Shown: positions 11,411-21,144 of the stretch, in pieces
Position numbering within the stretch: the stretch's first letter is position 1
How the letters are laid out: each line of letters begins with the position of its first letter
Source of the DNA: Deltaproteobacteria bacterium
GTDB taxonomy: Bacteria; Myxococcota; Kuafuiibacteriia; Kuafuiibacteriales; Kuafuiibacteriaceae
Reading direction: 5' to 3'
Assembly (NCBI GenBank): GCA_040218735.1
Contig: JAVJQW010000049.1
Span: forward strand, 32,001-96,000
Length of the DNA: 64,000 nucleotides
Notes under the pieces: model-generated
The model's database searches: none
Told to the model about the DNA's origin: nothing
What the model saw: only the letters and a program-made list of their open reading frames with translations
Position numbers and translations under genes: made by a program

Positions 11411-12232
11411 ATGGGTTACCGATGGTGGTGCGCGGCGTTCGTTCTGTTCAGCGCGAGCCCGGCGTACGCGGGTGGGTTCACGCAGGGCGAGGGCGGCTAC
11501 TACGTGAAGGCGTGGACGCGCTCGTTGATCGGCAACAAGGCGTTCGACACGGCGGGGGATCTCGTGGAGCTCCCGGAGTCGTTCTCGGACCACGCGTTGA
11601 ACGTCTACGGCGAGTACGGCCTGACGAACGACGTGACGTTGCTGATGTACGTCGTGCCGTTCGGCTACAGCGCGTACGGCGATCAGTCGCAGCTATACGC
11701 GGGGACGTTGTCGGTCGGGGCGCGGCATGCGCTGTGGTCGGGGTCGCAGCCGTTGGCGTTGGAGGTCCGCGCGGGCGGGCGTCCGGCGGTGGGTGACGAC
11801 CCGCTCGCGGAGGGGGTGCTCGACACGGGCCCCTACGTGGTGCGAGCGACCTTGCCGACGTTGTTCTTCGACGCGGAGCTGCAGGCGGCGGCCGCGTTGC
11901 CGTACGGGTTGTGGCTCTCTGCGGGGGCGGGCGCGCGGCTGCACTCGCGCGATGGGTTGTCGCCGGCGTTGTTCTCGAACCTGCAGCTCGGGTGGTCGTC
12001 GTCGTTCGGCTTGGTGCTCGACCTGCACGCGCAGGCGTACTTCTCGGTGGATCGGCCGGACATCATCGACGTGTTGGGTGTGGGCCAGACGGACTACATC
12101 GGCTTCGGTGTGGGCGCGGCGTACTGGATCACGGACGGCTTCGGCGTGACGTTGGGTTTCGACTCTGCGGCGCTCGCGCGTGCGAATGCGGGGACCGCGC
12201 CGATTCAGATCGGTGTTCAGCTCAAGGGTTGA
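11411..12232 (+). CDS. Outer-membrane beta-barrel protein
   Basis: Signal peptide AYA; alternating aromatic-rich beta strands (YGEYGLT, AAYWIT). Confidence 0.7.
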   Translation: MGYRWWCAAFVLFSASPAYAGGFTQGEGGYYVKAWTRSLIGNKAFDTAGDLVELPESFSDHALNVYGEYGLTNDVTLLMYVVPFGYSAYGDQSQLYAGTLSVGARHALWSGSQPLALEVRAGGRPAVGDDPLAEGVLDTGPYVVRATLPTLFFDAELQAAAALPYGLWLSAGAGARLHSRDGLSPALFSNLQLGWSSSFGLVLDLHAQAYFSVDRPDIIDVLGVGQTDYIGFGVGAAYWITDGFGVTLGFDSAALARANAGTAPIQIGVQLKG

Positions 12233-12269
12233 TTCGGGGGGCCGATAGCAGGGGGTGGAGGTCGTCCCC

Positions 12270-12605
12270 ATGTCGAACCCGAAAGACGCCAACTACCGCA
12301 ACCACCCCCGCGCCGCGGTCCGCTGGGCCGCCTACTGGACCGACGGCCTGCGCGCGCGCACCGGCGAGATCCGCGACATCTCCAAGGGTGGCCTGTTCCT
12401 GTCCCCGGCGTGGCGCCCGAGCACCACGTACAGCCCCGGCGACGAGATCGAGATCCGCTGCGCGATCGAGGATCTGTCGATCGACCTGAAGGCGGTCGTC
12501 CGCTGGTCCGGCACGAGCGAGCAGCACGCCTGCGAGGGCTTCGGCCTCGAGGTCCCGGCTACGGCGGACCTGGAGCGGCTGCTCGAGGCCGCCGAGAAGA
12601 ACTAG
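12270..12605 (+). CDS. Single-domain PilZ protein
   Basis: RxxxR (RNHPR) and DxSxxG (DISKGG) c-di-GMP motifs. Confidence 0.88.
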   Translation: MSNPKDANYRNHPRAAVRWAAYWTDGLRARTGEIRDISKGGLFLSPAWRPSTTYSPGDEIEIRCAIEDLSIDLKAVVRWSGTSEQHACEGFGLEVPATADLERLLEAAEKN

Positions 12606-13956
12606 AGGCGTCGTTCGCTCGCTGCGACGCGAGCACCCCGCCGATACACTCGCCGGTGACTTCGCCGACGACCCACCCCAGCGTTCCGAGCAGGAGCGTG
12701 AGCACCACCCGTCCGAACAAGACGCCCGCGACGATGCCGGCCTCGGTCGCGAGGCCGTGGGCGATCGCTTCGGAGGTCGTCGGTATCTCTTCGTCGGAGA
12801 GAAGGCGGGACAGCACCGTGACGACGATGAACTGCGCGAGGATCGTGAGCGCGGGGACGCCGACCGGCTTCATCACCACGCTGACGAGCAACGCACCGAC
12901 GACCGGGTACTTGATCGCGGGCGCGAGCCGGGTGCGCGCGAGGGCGAGCGCGGCGACAAACGAGAGGATGAGGCCCTCCATGTCGTTCGACTCGAGCGGC
13001 GTTCCGATGACTTGGCTGAGGCTGCGGTAGCCGCCGCTCATGAAGAGGAAGTAGGCGAGGGTCACGGTGACCGCGAGGATCGCGAGCACGTTGGTCACGC
13101 TGCGAATCAGCGGGTGGTCGGAGGGGATACCGGGGCGGTCGACGGTGGCGGGGCGAAAGGCTTCGACCGCGAGCCACAGCAGTCCGATGGACGCGAAGCC
13201 GAGGGCGATGAGTGAGATGGGTTTGGCGGTGACCGAGCCCGGGAGGCTGATGCCGACGCCAATCGACGTGACGACCGCCGTGTACTTCGCGAGGCGGGCC
13301 CCGTGTGGTCCGAAGGTGCCGTCGCGGCGGGTGACGGCTTCGGCGAGCGCAGGTTCGACGGCGATGCGCGCGTAGCGGAAGATCAGGACCGCGTTGAGCA
13401 TCACGACAGCGAACAGCGCGGCGACCTGCGTGGGTGGCAGCGGCGCGTCGATCTCTTGCATCACGACCGCGCCGACGCCCGCGCGGATGAACAGCGCCAC
13501 CAGCTGGATCACGAGGTACCCGAGGAAGCCGGTATTGAAGAGGAGGAACATGCCGAGCACGGCGACTGCGATGACGTAGCCGTTGCTCTGTCCGGTCGTG
13601 GCGGGGGGAGCGACCGCCGGTGGGGGTGTTGCGTCTTCACGTGTGACGGCGCCGTCGGTGGCGCTGACGTAGGTTCGTGCGTCGATCGTCTCGACGCTCC
13701 AGAACGGGAAGTAGACGAGCGGGAGCGTCGAGGTCGCGTCGATGACGACCCCTTCTGGAGCGCCCTCGACGAGCGGGCAGCGTGCGGGCAGCGGGAGCTT
13801 CGACGCCGGATCGCGGGGCGCCACGGCGGCGCGCTTCTTGTGGAGGATGAAGGGGATCCAGACGAGCTTCGTGACGTGCTCGGCGTCGGCGGGGACTCCG
13901 GCGACCGCGCGTGCAGCGTCGGCGTCGAGGTTGGGCGGTGCGTGGCGCGCGTTCAT
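12559..13956 (-). CDS. Polytopic membrane hypothetical protein
   Basis: N-terminal soluble domain (LVYFPFW..., VSATDG) followed by about 8 TM helices; ATG overlaps the upstream stop. Confidence 0.6.
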   Translation of the reverse strand: MNARHAPPNLDADAARAVAGVPADAEHVTKLVWIPFILHKKRAAVAPRDPASKLPLPARCPLVEGAPEGVVIDATSTLPLVYFPFWSVETIDARTYVSATDGAVTREDATPPPAVAPPATTGQSNGYVIAVAVLGMFLLFNTGFLGYLVIQLVALFIRAGVGAVVMQEIDAPLPPTQVAALFAVVMLNAVLIFRYARIAVEPALAEAVTRRDGTFGPHGARLAKYTAVVTSIGVGISLPGSVTAKPISLIALGFASIGLLWLAVEAFRPATVDRPGIPSDHPLIRSVTNVLAILAVTVTLAYFLFMSGGYRSLSQVIGTPLESNDMEGLILSFVAALALARTRLAPAIKYPVVGALLVSVVMKPVGVPALTILAQFIVVTVLSRLLSDEEIPTTSEAIAHGLATEAGIVAGVLFGRVVLTLLLGTLGWVVGEVTGECIGGVLASQRANDASSSSRRPRAAAPGPP

Positions 13957-14879
13957 GGCAGCCCCTTCGGCGCGCCGTGTTTCGAGCAGGTCGGCCCGGC
14001 GTTCGTCGAGTGGATGGCGCCGCCGTAGGGACACTCTCGAACCAGGAGCTGGTTGCTGTGGCAGCGTAGGATCTCTCCGTAGGAGGGGCCACCGAGCGCC
14101 ATGGCGACGGTCTGCGCGAAGCCGAGGTGGCTCGCGGAGAGCAACCAACCTCCGGAGGTGGTGATCGCGCCCGCGACGAGCATGCGCACAGCGGGGGATG
14201 CGAGCGGTCGCTCGGGGAGCTTCACGAGCGCGAGGGGTGAGCGACGGGTGCGTCGTGACCAGAGCCCGAGGAGCACGGCGAGCACGACGACCATCTGACC
14301 GAGGTCCCAGAGGGCGTCGGTCGGCCAAGGGCTGGGGGCGTCGGCGGGCGCTGCGGTTGGCGTGGGGTGCGCGTGACGAGGTCTACCGCGGTAGTCGACG
14401 GACCGCATGACGTCGCCGATGGTGTTGAATTCGATGCGTTTGCCGACGCGGCGTCCGTGGTCGAACTCGCCGCGCTCGGCGATCGCGCCGTCGGGGTACC
14501 AGTGCTCGTAGGGGCCGTGGCGGAGGCCTTCGTCGTAGTGGCCGACGTAGATGACGGCGCCGTCCTCGGCGTAGTCCACCCACCGCCCGGTGCGTTTGCC
14601 GGCGTTCATCTGTCCGACGCCGAAGACCACGGGCGGAACCGCGGTGTTGCGGATGTCGATCACGGGCCCGTGCAATCGTTGGTTGGCGTCGAGGCAACCG
14701 CGTCGCAGCGGGAAGGGGCCGTCGCGAACGGCGCCCATGTCCCATCGTTCGAGCTTCATCGTCGTGGGCGTCGTGCCGGGCGGGCACACGATCGGTGCGT
14801 CGGTGGCCGGCGCGCGGCTGGAGGTGTCCGTCCCGCCGCACGCGTGGAGGAGCACGAAGGCGGGGACCCAGCGGCGCAT
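13953..14879 (-). CDS. Lipoprotein with MORN-variant (YwqK-like) repeats and C-terminal TM region
   Basis: LHAC lipobox; GKRTGRWVDY, GLRHGPYEHWYPDG and GRRVG repeats; TATCGT 7 nt before ATG. Confidence 0.7.
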   Translation of the reverse strand: MRRWVPAFVLLHACGGTDTSSRAPATDAPIVCPPGTTPTTMKLERWDMGAVRDGPFPLRRGCLDANQRLHGPVIDIRNTAVPPVVFGVGQMNAGKRTGRWVDYAEDGAVIYVGHYDEGLRHGPYEHWYPDGAIAERGEFDHGRRVGKRIEFNTIGDVMRSVDYRGRPRHAHPTPTAAPADAPSPWPTDALWDLGQMVVVLAVLLGLWSRRTRRSPLALVKLPERPLASPAVRMLVAGAITTSGGWLLSASHLGFAQTVAMALGGPSYGEILRCHSNQLLVRECPYGGAIHSTNAGPTCSKHGAPKGLP

Positions 14880-15031
14880 GCGCGCGACGATAGCACCGAG
14901 CGGGCGGCACCGTGGGCCTGGCCGCCAGGTCAGCGAGCACCTTGGCGACGGGTGGAGCGTGCCGGTACGATTCCGTATCCACCTTGCCGAATGCGGGTGA
15001 ACCGTTCGCGGGAAGCCAAGGTGATTCTCAC

Positions 15032-15949
15032 GTGAACTCACTGGAGTCGACGATCGCCGCGATTCGAGAAGCGGGCCTTGTCGCGCGCCGATCTCCAGAA
15101 GGTGGCAACTGCATTGTCGGCGGCCTTCGCGAGACGTTGACGCCTGACGGCGTGCAGCTGGCCGAGTATCCCTTCGTTATTTCGCCCGACCACGACGGTT
15201 GGCGCCTTCGGACCACGCATGTCGGACGCGGTGAGTTGGAGACGACCCACGGCACCCTGTCCGAACTGTTGCAGGCGCTGAAGGTGTGGAGCGAGGAGCG
15301 GAGGCGCGAGAGAATGGCGCCGTTGGGCGAACGCGCTTCAACTTGGTTCGTCGATCCACCCCTCGCCGAGGCCAGCGTGTCGATGGCCTTCGCACCACTG
15401 GAGGCGTTGGGCCTCTTACGGAGCTTCGACTCGGACTTGATATGGCTCAGGCAGTTCAGTCGTTTCGGTGGCAGAGAGCCGACCGTCGTCCTCGAGCCTC
15501 CCAACACGGCTTGGACCGATGTCTCGGAGGGCGAGAGCGACGTCGGCCCGTACATCTTTGGTCGAATCTGTGTCGACGACTTGAGCGATGATCAGCTGCT
15601 CACTTTTGTCACGCGATCGAGCTTCGGTGTTGATTCGCTGATTGTGGCCTGGGGTACGAGCGACGTTGCTACAGGAATCTCGGACCTCCGCCGTGTTCTC
15701 GAGGAGCGCCGCGCCGCCAAGAGGCTCCCGATCGAAGAGTCGCTTCAGCGTCGCTTCATTCGCAGGGTTCTGGCCGTCGAAAAGTCCGGAGGTTTCATCG
15801 TGACGGCAGTGCGGGGGGACACTGCGAGGTTCATGCTGATCTTGACCGGTGCTTCGATGATCGGGACGGTCCTCCGCAGTCACGGTGTCAGCCCCATCTC
15901 CGCCATCCCACGCGACGAGATCGGATACCGTGTCTCGCCGATATTCTAG
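15032..15949 (+). CDS. Hypothetical protein (orphan cassette, possibly immunity-like)
   Basis: Open frame with atypical, AT-richer codon use; flanked by the island repeat motif. Confidence 0.6.
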   Translation: MNSLESTIAAIREAGLVARRSPEGGNCIVGGLRETLTPDGVQLAEYPFVISPDHDGWRLRTTHVGRGELETTHGTLSELLQALKVWSEERRRERMAPLGERASTWFVDPPLAEASVSMAFAPLEALGLLRSFDSDLIWLRQFSRFGGREPTVVLEPPNTAWTDVSEGESDVGPYIFGRICVDDLSDDQLLTFVTRSSFGVDSLIVAWGTSDVATGISDLRRVLEERRAAKRLPIEESLQRRFIRRVLAVEKSGGFIVTAVRGDTARFMLILTGASMIGTVLRSHGVSPISAIPRDEIGYRVSPIF

Positions 15950-15959
15950 TGTCACTCGC

Positions 15960-15981
15960 GTGATCGATCCTCGGAATCCAC
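15960..15981 (+). repeat. REP-like island motif copy
   Basis: GTGATCGATCCTCGGAATCCAC; 19/22 identical to the copies at 19605 and 21556. Confidence 0.8.
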
Positions 15982-16004
15982 GATGACGCCGCCAAGGCGA
16001 TAGA

Positions 16005-16346
16005 ATGCTGGTCGATGTACTCCAGAGCAGGCTGGCGCCGATCTTGACTGACTACGCATGGTCTTTTGAGAAGGGCATTGCGGTGATGCACTTTCTTCAT
16101 CAGTACCACGTGGTCTTTGAAGATGGATTCAGCATGAATGGCGACAGACACAATGAAGTGCTTGGCTTTGCGGAGGCATCGGAGTTGGTCTCTCGGCTAT
16201 GCGGCAATCCGAAAAAGTCTCCAACGTGGTGGAAGTCGCGTGCGCCCGCAGGGTTGGTCTCGTCCAGGAGACTTGCTGATCTTCTGGATGAACTCGTCGT
16301 CTTGTTTGAGTTCGATCCGGGGGTGCGAGGCGTGAGTGCTGATTGA
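16005..16346 (+). CDS. Small hypothetical protein (orphan immunity-like cassette)
   Basis: 113-aa ORF with AT-richer codons lying between two motif copies. Confidence 0.55.
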   Translation: MLVDVLQSRLAPILTDYAWSFEKGIAVMHFLHQYHVVFEDGFSMNGDRHNEVLGFAEASELVSRLCGNPKKSPTWWKSRAPAGLVSSRRLADLLDELVVLFEFDPGVRGVSAD

Positions 16347-16348
16347 AA

Positions 16349-16418
16349 AGAAGTGAACCATATTCTGCGAGAAGACCGCGAAGTGACCCAGGAGAAGTGA
16401 GCCATGTTCTGGAACCAG
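16349..16418 (+). repeat. Stuttered degenerate copies of the island motif (GAAGTGANCC x3)
   Basis: GAAGTGA at 16350, 16380 and 16394; GAGAAGTGAGCCATGTTCTGGAACCA aligns with GAGAAGTGATCCATCCTCCGGATCCA. Confidence 0.65.
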
Positions 16419-19294
16419 CGTGGAGACGTTCTGGTGGCGCACGCGCATCTTCAGACTGGTGAGTCCGGCGTCGGGTCGCCGACCGCGCTGCGGAGCTTCG
16501 CCTACGACTCGGGCCACCGGCTCACGTCCATCACTATGCGTGACCTGTCGACCGTGACGTTCGGGAACTTCCATCCGGTGCACCAACTGCCGCAGACGAT
16601 GAGGATGGCGTCCGCGGGGTCGATCAACTCCAGCTACAACGACCGTGGTGATCTGGTGAGCCTGACGACCGTCGACGGTGCCTACTCGGAGACCAACACG
16701 TATGTCCAAGATGCGCTCGGGCGTCCGCGTCGAGCCGACATTGCGAACGGGGCGAGCGTGGAGCTCGATAAGGATCCCAACAGGGGGGCGTGCAGCACGT
16801 CCGCGACTCTGCGGGGCGCCTCGAAAGCCTGACATACGCGGGAAGCGCGATGATGTCGGTGTCGGACTATGCGATGGCCTCGGCCCCGGGTACGGTGGTC
16901 CTCGGCAACGGCGTGGACCGTGTAGACGACTACGATCAGCGACGTCGACTGGTCAGCCGGACGTACGTGCAGGGCGGCAACATCGTCGCATCGTTTCGTT
17001 ACGCGTATGACAGCGCGAACCGAGAGGTCGCTCGGGTGGATGTCCATCGCGCGGGTCGCGCGAACCTCTACAGCTACGACCAGGAACGCCTGGGTACGGC
17101 GAACATCGGCGCGCGCCCGACAGTGTTCGGCTCTCTCCCGACGAACGGTGACTTCGGGGTGGGCGATGCGCACTTCACGTCGGTCTACGCACCGATCACG
17201 TTCGACGATCGCCTCCAGGAAGTGGTCACTCAGGTACCCGTGGGCGAGTCGACGCCTGAGATCGCGGAGCTGTACCAGGGCTACGACGCGATGGGCCATG
17301 CGACGCTGCTCGACGGGGTTGCGCGGACGCGAGACTCACTCGGTAACGTGACGTCGACGCCCTCCGAACAGGGCACGCTCGCCCTGGACTACGACGTCCG
17401 GTCGCGCCTGCGACAGGCGACGCGCCCCGACGGGTCGACCGTCACGTACGATTACCGTGCCGACGACGCGCTCTTGGGGCGCACCGTGACTTGCGCCGTG
17501 GGGGCGGCGGACTGCGTGGACTCGAACCGAGTGTACGTCTACGACGGGCTGCTCTTGCTCCAGGAGCACGAGCAGGGCGCAACGCCCTCGCTGCGCGCGC
17601 AGTACTTCTACGCCGATGAGGGCGACGTACCGTTCGCGGCGGACCTGTGGAACGCGACGACGCAGCAGCTGGAGCGCTACTACTACGTCGTCGATCGCAT
17701 GGGCTCGGTGGTGGGCTTGATGGACGCGTCGGGGCAGGTGGTCGAGCGCATCGACTATACGGTGTTCGGGTACCCGCAGATCACGGGGCAGGACACGGCC
17801 GCTCCGGCGGTCTCTTCGGTGCGCAGTGACGGGAGCGGTCGCTTGGAGCTGGTGTTCTCGGAGCCGGTAGACCCGGCGGTGTCGGGGACGCCGGTGCCGG
17901 TGTCGAACGGTCAGGTGGGCATCGAGGTCAATGACCTGACTTCTCACATCACCGTGCGTGACGGGCAGGGCGCCACGGTCGCGGTGACCGACGTGACCGT
18001 GGTGTCGGACGCGGCGCATCGGTACGGAACGGTGTACTCCTTGACGACCACGCCGCTGGCCGCGGGGATCTCTTATACGGTGGACGTGTCGGCGGGCGCG
18101 GTTCAGGACGCTTGGGCGAACTTGAGCTCTGCGCAGGCCGTGACGGTGACCTACGCAGCGGCGGCTGGGACGCTGCAGGCTACGGGGACGGTGGCAGGCA
18201 GCACGGCGCCGGCGGTCTTGGCGAGGAGTGCGGTCGGGAACTCGATCGGGTTCCAGGCGCATCTGCATGACTGGGACGTGGACTTGGTGCTGGCGAGGGC
18301 GCGGGTTTATGACGCGCGGTCGGGGATGTTCCTGCAGAGGGACCCTGAGGGGTATGAGGATAGCGTCAACCTGTATGCCGGGATGCGGTGGGATCCGGTG
18401 AACCTGAGGGATCCGACGGGACGGGCGACGGGTGACCCACGGTTCTACATGTCGCAGGCGCTCGGGCAGCTCATCGAGTTCTTCACGGGAGGCCGTGCGG
18501 ATCCCGCACGGGACAAGAAGCCGAAGCTCAGTGGGCGCGGTGGTGTGGTCGGGGGTGCAGTGGAGGCCGCTTGCTTCCGGTGCGGCTACCTTGAGTCGGA
18601 CAGGACGGGCCTGAGTTCGATCGGTGCGGATCACGGCGCCGGGATGGTGCCGTACCTCGACTCCGGAATGACTCTTGCGACTGGCGAAGATGTGCAAGGT
18701 CGAGAGGTTGGGCGGGGAGAAGCGGCGCTTCGGTTTGGACTTGAGGTCTTGCCCCTGGCTGTTCCCGCAACGCGACGCCTTCGTAGCGGGCCCAATCGCC
18801 GAATCGCATCGGGTGACCTGAGTCTCGCCGCGACCGATGAACTGCCAGGTGCGGCGGTGTTCACCAAGGAGGCCGATGAATTCGGAAGAAACGCGCAGAA
18901 GGCAAAGCCCGTTGACGGGTACACGGATATTGCTCTTCATGGTGGAGACGACTTTGTGTCTCAGGTCCCGAATCCGAGACTCGACGAGAAGATCTCGTCG
19001 GATCAGTTTGCCCGGTTGCTGAAGCGGTCGCCGTCCTACAACGGAGGTCCTATCCGCCTTATCGCCTGCGATACCGGATCGTGCGCTACGGGGTTCGCCC
19101 AGCAACTATCCAATGCGCTGGGTGTTAGGGTTCGTGCTCCATCGACCTATGTGTGGGCATTGCCGGATGGTACCCTCTTTGTTGCGGACCCTGTTAGGGT
19201 TCTGGTTCGCGGCCCGTCTGGTCTTGGAGTTCGGCAACTTCCAGTAGCCGATCTCACGAAGCCTGGGACGTGGGTCGATTTCGATCCGGAGTAA
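16404..19294 (+). pseudogene. rhs: N-terminally truncated, frameshifted RHS-repeat toxin with caspase-fold (clan CD) C-terminal protease domain
   Basis: YD repeats in both ORF 16404-16832 and ORF 16790-19294; core RARVYD..SGMFLQRDP and PVNLRDPTG; C-terminal DIALHG...IRLIACDTG; frame change at ~16775-16790. Confidence 0.85.
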
Positions 19295-19295
19295 C

Positions 19296-19577
19296 TTGGC
19301 TATGCTTCCCGCATCTCTGTGCTTCCTAGAAGCCTGGGTAGAACGCTTCGGTTGCCTGACCGAGACTGCGTCCTTTGCGAAAATTCATGAAGAGGCAACA
19401 GACGATGAACTTGAGCGGCTGTCTCAGATCATGACTGAACTGCTCATGGGTCGGCCTCTATCACTTCAGGCTGCGTTTCTTGCATTGGATGAGGTACAGG
19501 ACGAAGAGGTGAGGGTGAGAGCCACGTCACTTCTCTGTGCGATTCTACCGCGGATGGGTCAGGGGAGCGAGAAGTGA
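19296..19577 (+). CDS. Putative immunity protein for the RHS C-terminal toxin
   Basis: Small acidic ORF starting 1 nt after the RHS stop. Confidence 0.6.
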   Translation: MAMLPASLCFLEAWVERFGCLTETASFAKIHEEATDDELERLSQIMTELLMGRPLSLQAAFLALDEVQDEEVRVRATSLLCAILPRMGQGSEK

Positions 19578-19599
19578 TCCGGAGAAGGGATCCAAGGAG

Positions 19600-19775
19600 G
19601 AGAAGTGATCCATCCTCCGGATCCACTGAGTAGATTCTCGTTGCTCTGATTTGTCGTAACGCAGAAATATCGGAAGGGCTCTTGAGGGCGAGAAGTGATC
19701 CATCCTCCGGATCCACTGAGTAGATTCTTGTTGCTCTGATTTGTCGTAACGCAGAAATATCGGAAGGGCTTTTGA
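19600..19775 (+). repeat. 90-bp tandem duplication, each unit starting with the REP-like motif
   Basis: 19600-19689 vs 19690-~19775 nearly identical; motif GTGATCCATCCTCCGGATCCAC at 19605 and 19695. Confidence 0.95.
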
Positions 19776-19921
19776 AGGGGATTTCCTCTTCTTCTTAGCC
19801 GCCGTCTGAGGCCCTTCGCGAACCCGTGCCCGAGCGCGCTGCGCTCCTCCTCCTGAACCCTCTCTGTCGCTTCGTGGTGGGCCCGTCCGGGCCTGAACTC
19901 ATCCCTCAAGATCAGCTTCGC

Positions 19922-20836
19922 TCACGCGGCCGCGGCGGCCTCGACGGGCCATCGGAGTGGCAGCCTTGGCCTGAAGGTGTGCTCGGGGAAGTAGGTCCCG
20001 AGTCGCCCTTTTCGGAACGCCGCGCTGGCCTCTCTGTAGGTCATGACGAACCACCGCCACCCATCGCGGAACGCCATCCAGGCATCGCGGGTGGATGCGT
20101 GACAGAGGGGCGCAGGTCCGCGCTTGGTGCGCTCGGGCTCGTGGAGCGGGTCGGTCGCGAGGACGGTCTCGACGCCGAGGACGTCGCCGCTGCGGTCGCG
20201 TGCGAGTCGGTCCTCGCGCTGATGGATCGCCGCGCGAACGTCTTCGAGGTCGAGGGTGTCGTCGGTGTCGAGGTGGAGCTCGACGCGCTCGGTGAAGTCT
20301 TCGCGGGAGGGGACTTCGTCGCCGAGGCGCATGGCGCGGTCGAAGGCGCGGCGGTATCGCTTCCAGTGAAAGCGCGCGCAGGGAAGGGTGACGGCTTGGC
20401 CGCCGCACCAGGCGACGAGTCCCGGCCAGTCGCGGTGGGAGCGCACGAGGCCGGCGGCGGGGGGATTGGTGACGGTGTAGACGATGCGGTTGGCGAGCGC
20501 TTCGTCGTCGACGATTTCGATCGCGGAGTAGCGCCGCTCGAGGACTTGGCCGCGCACCTGGTCGACGGCGTTGAGGGCTCGGGCGAGCTGACCGTCGAGG
20601 TACTCCATGAGGTCGGCGAGCTGGGAGCGCTCGTCGGTGAGGACGAGGTGAAAGTGATTCGACATCTGGACGGCTGCGTGAAGGCGCACGCCGTCGCATC
20701 GCTTCAGGGCCTTGGCGAGGAAGAACTTGAAGAGCTCTGTGCGGTCGATGTCGGGCGTGAGTCGGAACTGGGATCGCGCGCATCGTACGGTGACGAACCA
20801 ACGTGCGCCGGGCGTGAGTCTTCTTGGTCTTCGCAT
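19922..20836 (-). mobile_element. REP-associated tyrosine transposase (RAYT / Y1 HUH, IS200-like TnpA fold)
   Basis: WFVTVRC, HUH motif MSNHFHL, RGQVLERRY, catalytic Y in IVYTVTNPPAAGLV...DWPG; 304 aa. Confidence 0.88.
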
Positions 20837-20849
20837 GCGCGAGGGGAAG

Positions 20850-20865
20850 AGCAACGCTCGCGCCG
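20850..20865 (-). promoter_or_regulatory. Sigma-54-type -24/-12 promoter for the RAYT gene
   Basis: Minus strand CGGCGCGAGCGTTGCT = GG-N10-GC with TTGC, 14 nt upstream of ATG. Confidence 0.6.
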
Positions 20866-21104
20866 TCCCGTCCGCGGTGTGTCTTGGTCGACGGTCGTCC
20901 GATAATCGGACTTCGTCCGAAGCTGTCCGAAAGTCGAAAGTGTTTCGGTCATCCCGCTTTGCGTGTGGCGCGCCACCCCCGCCCACCCGCGGGTCCGTCG
21001 GCTCGAGCGGATGGTTGATGCGGGGGGCGGAGTCGCTTTGCTTGCGGAACTGCCTCGCCTCCGATGGGGGCCCGCTGCGGGGTCCCGGGCCGTCGAAACC
21101 CCCG

Positions 21105-21144
21105 GCCACGACGGAGCCGCAACCGTCGAGCCGAAAGGCCCGCC
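21105..21144 (+). repeat. 40-bp structured direct repeat, copy 1
   Basis: GCCACGACGGAGCCGCAACCGTCGAGCCGAAAGGCCCGCC; 38/40 identical to 21795-21834. Confidence 0.85.

Noticed and set aside
19600-19775. Possible CRISPR array
   Set aside because: Only two units, the would-be spacers are essentially identical, and there are no cas genes; it is a tandem duplication
21105-21144. c-di-GMP riboswitch
   Set aside because: A GNRA hairpin is present but the class I/II consensus elements are not recognisable
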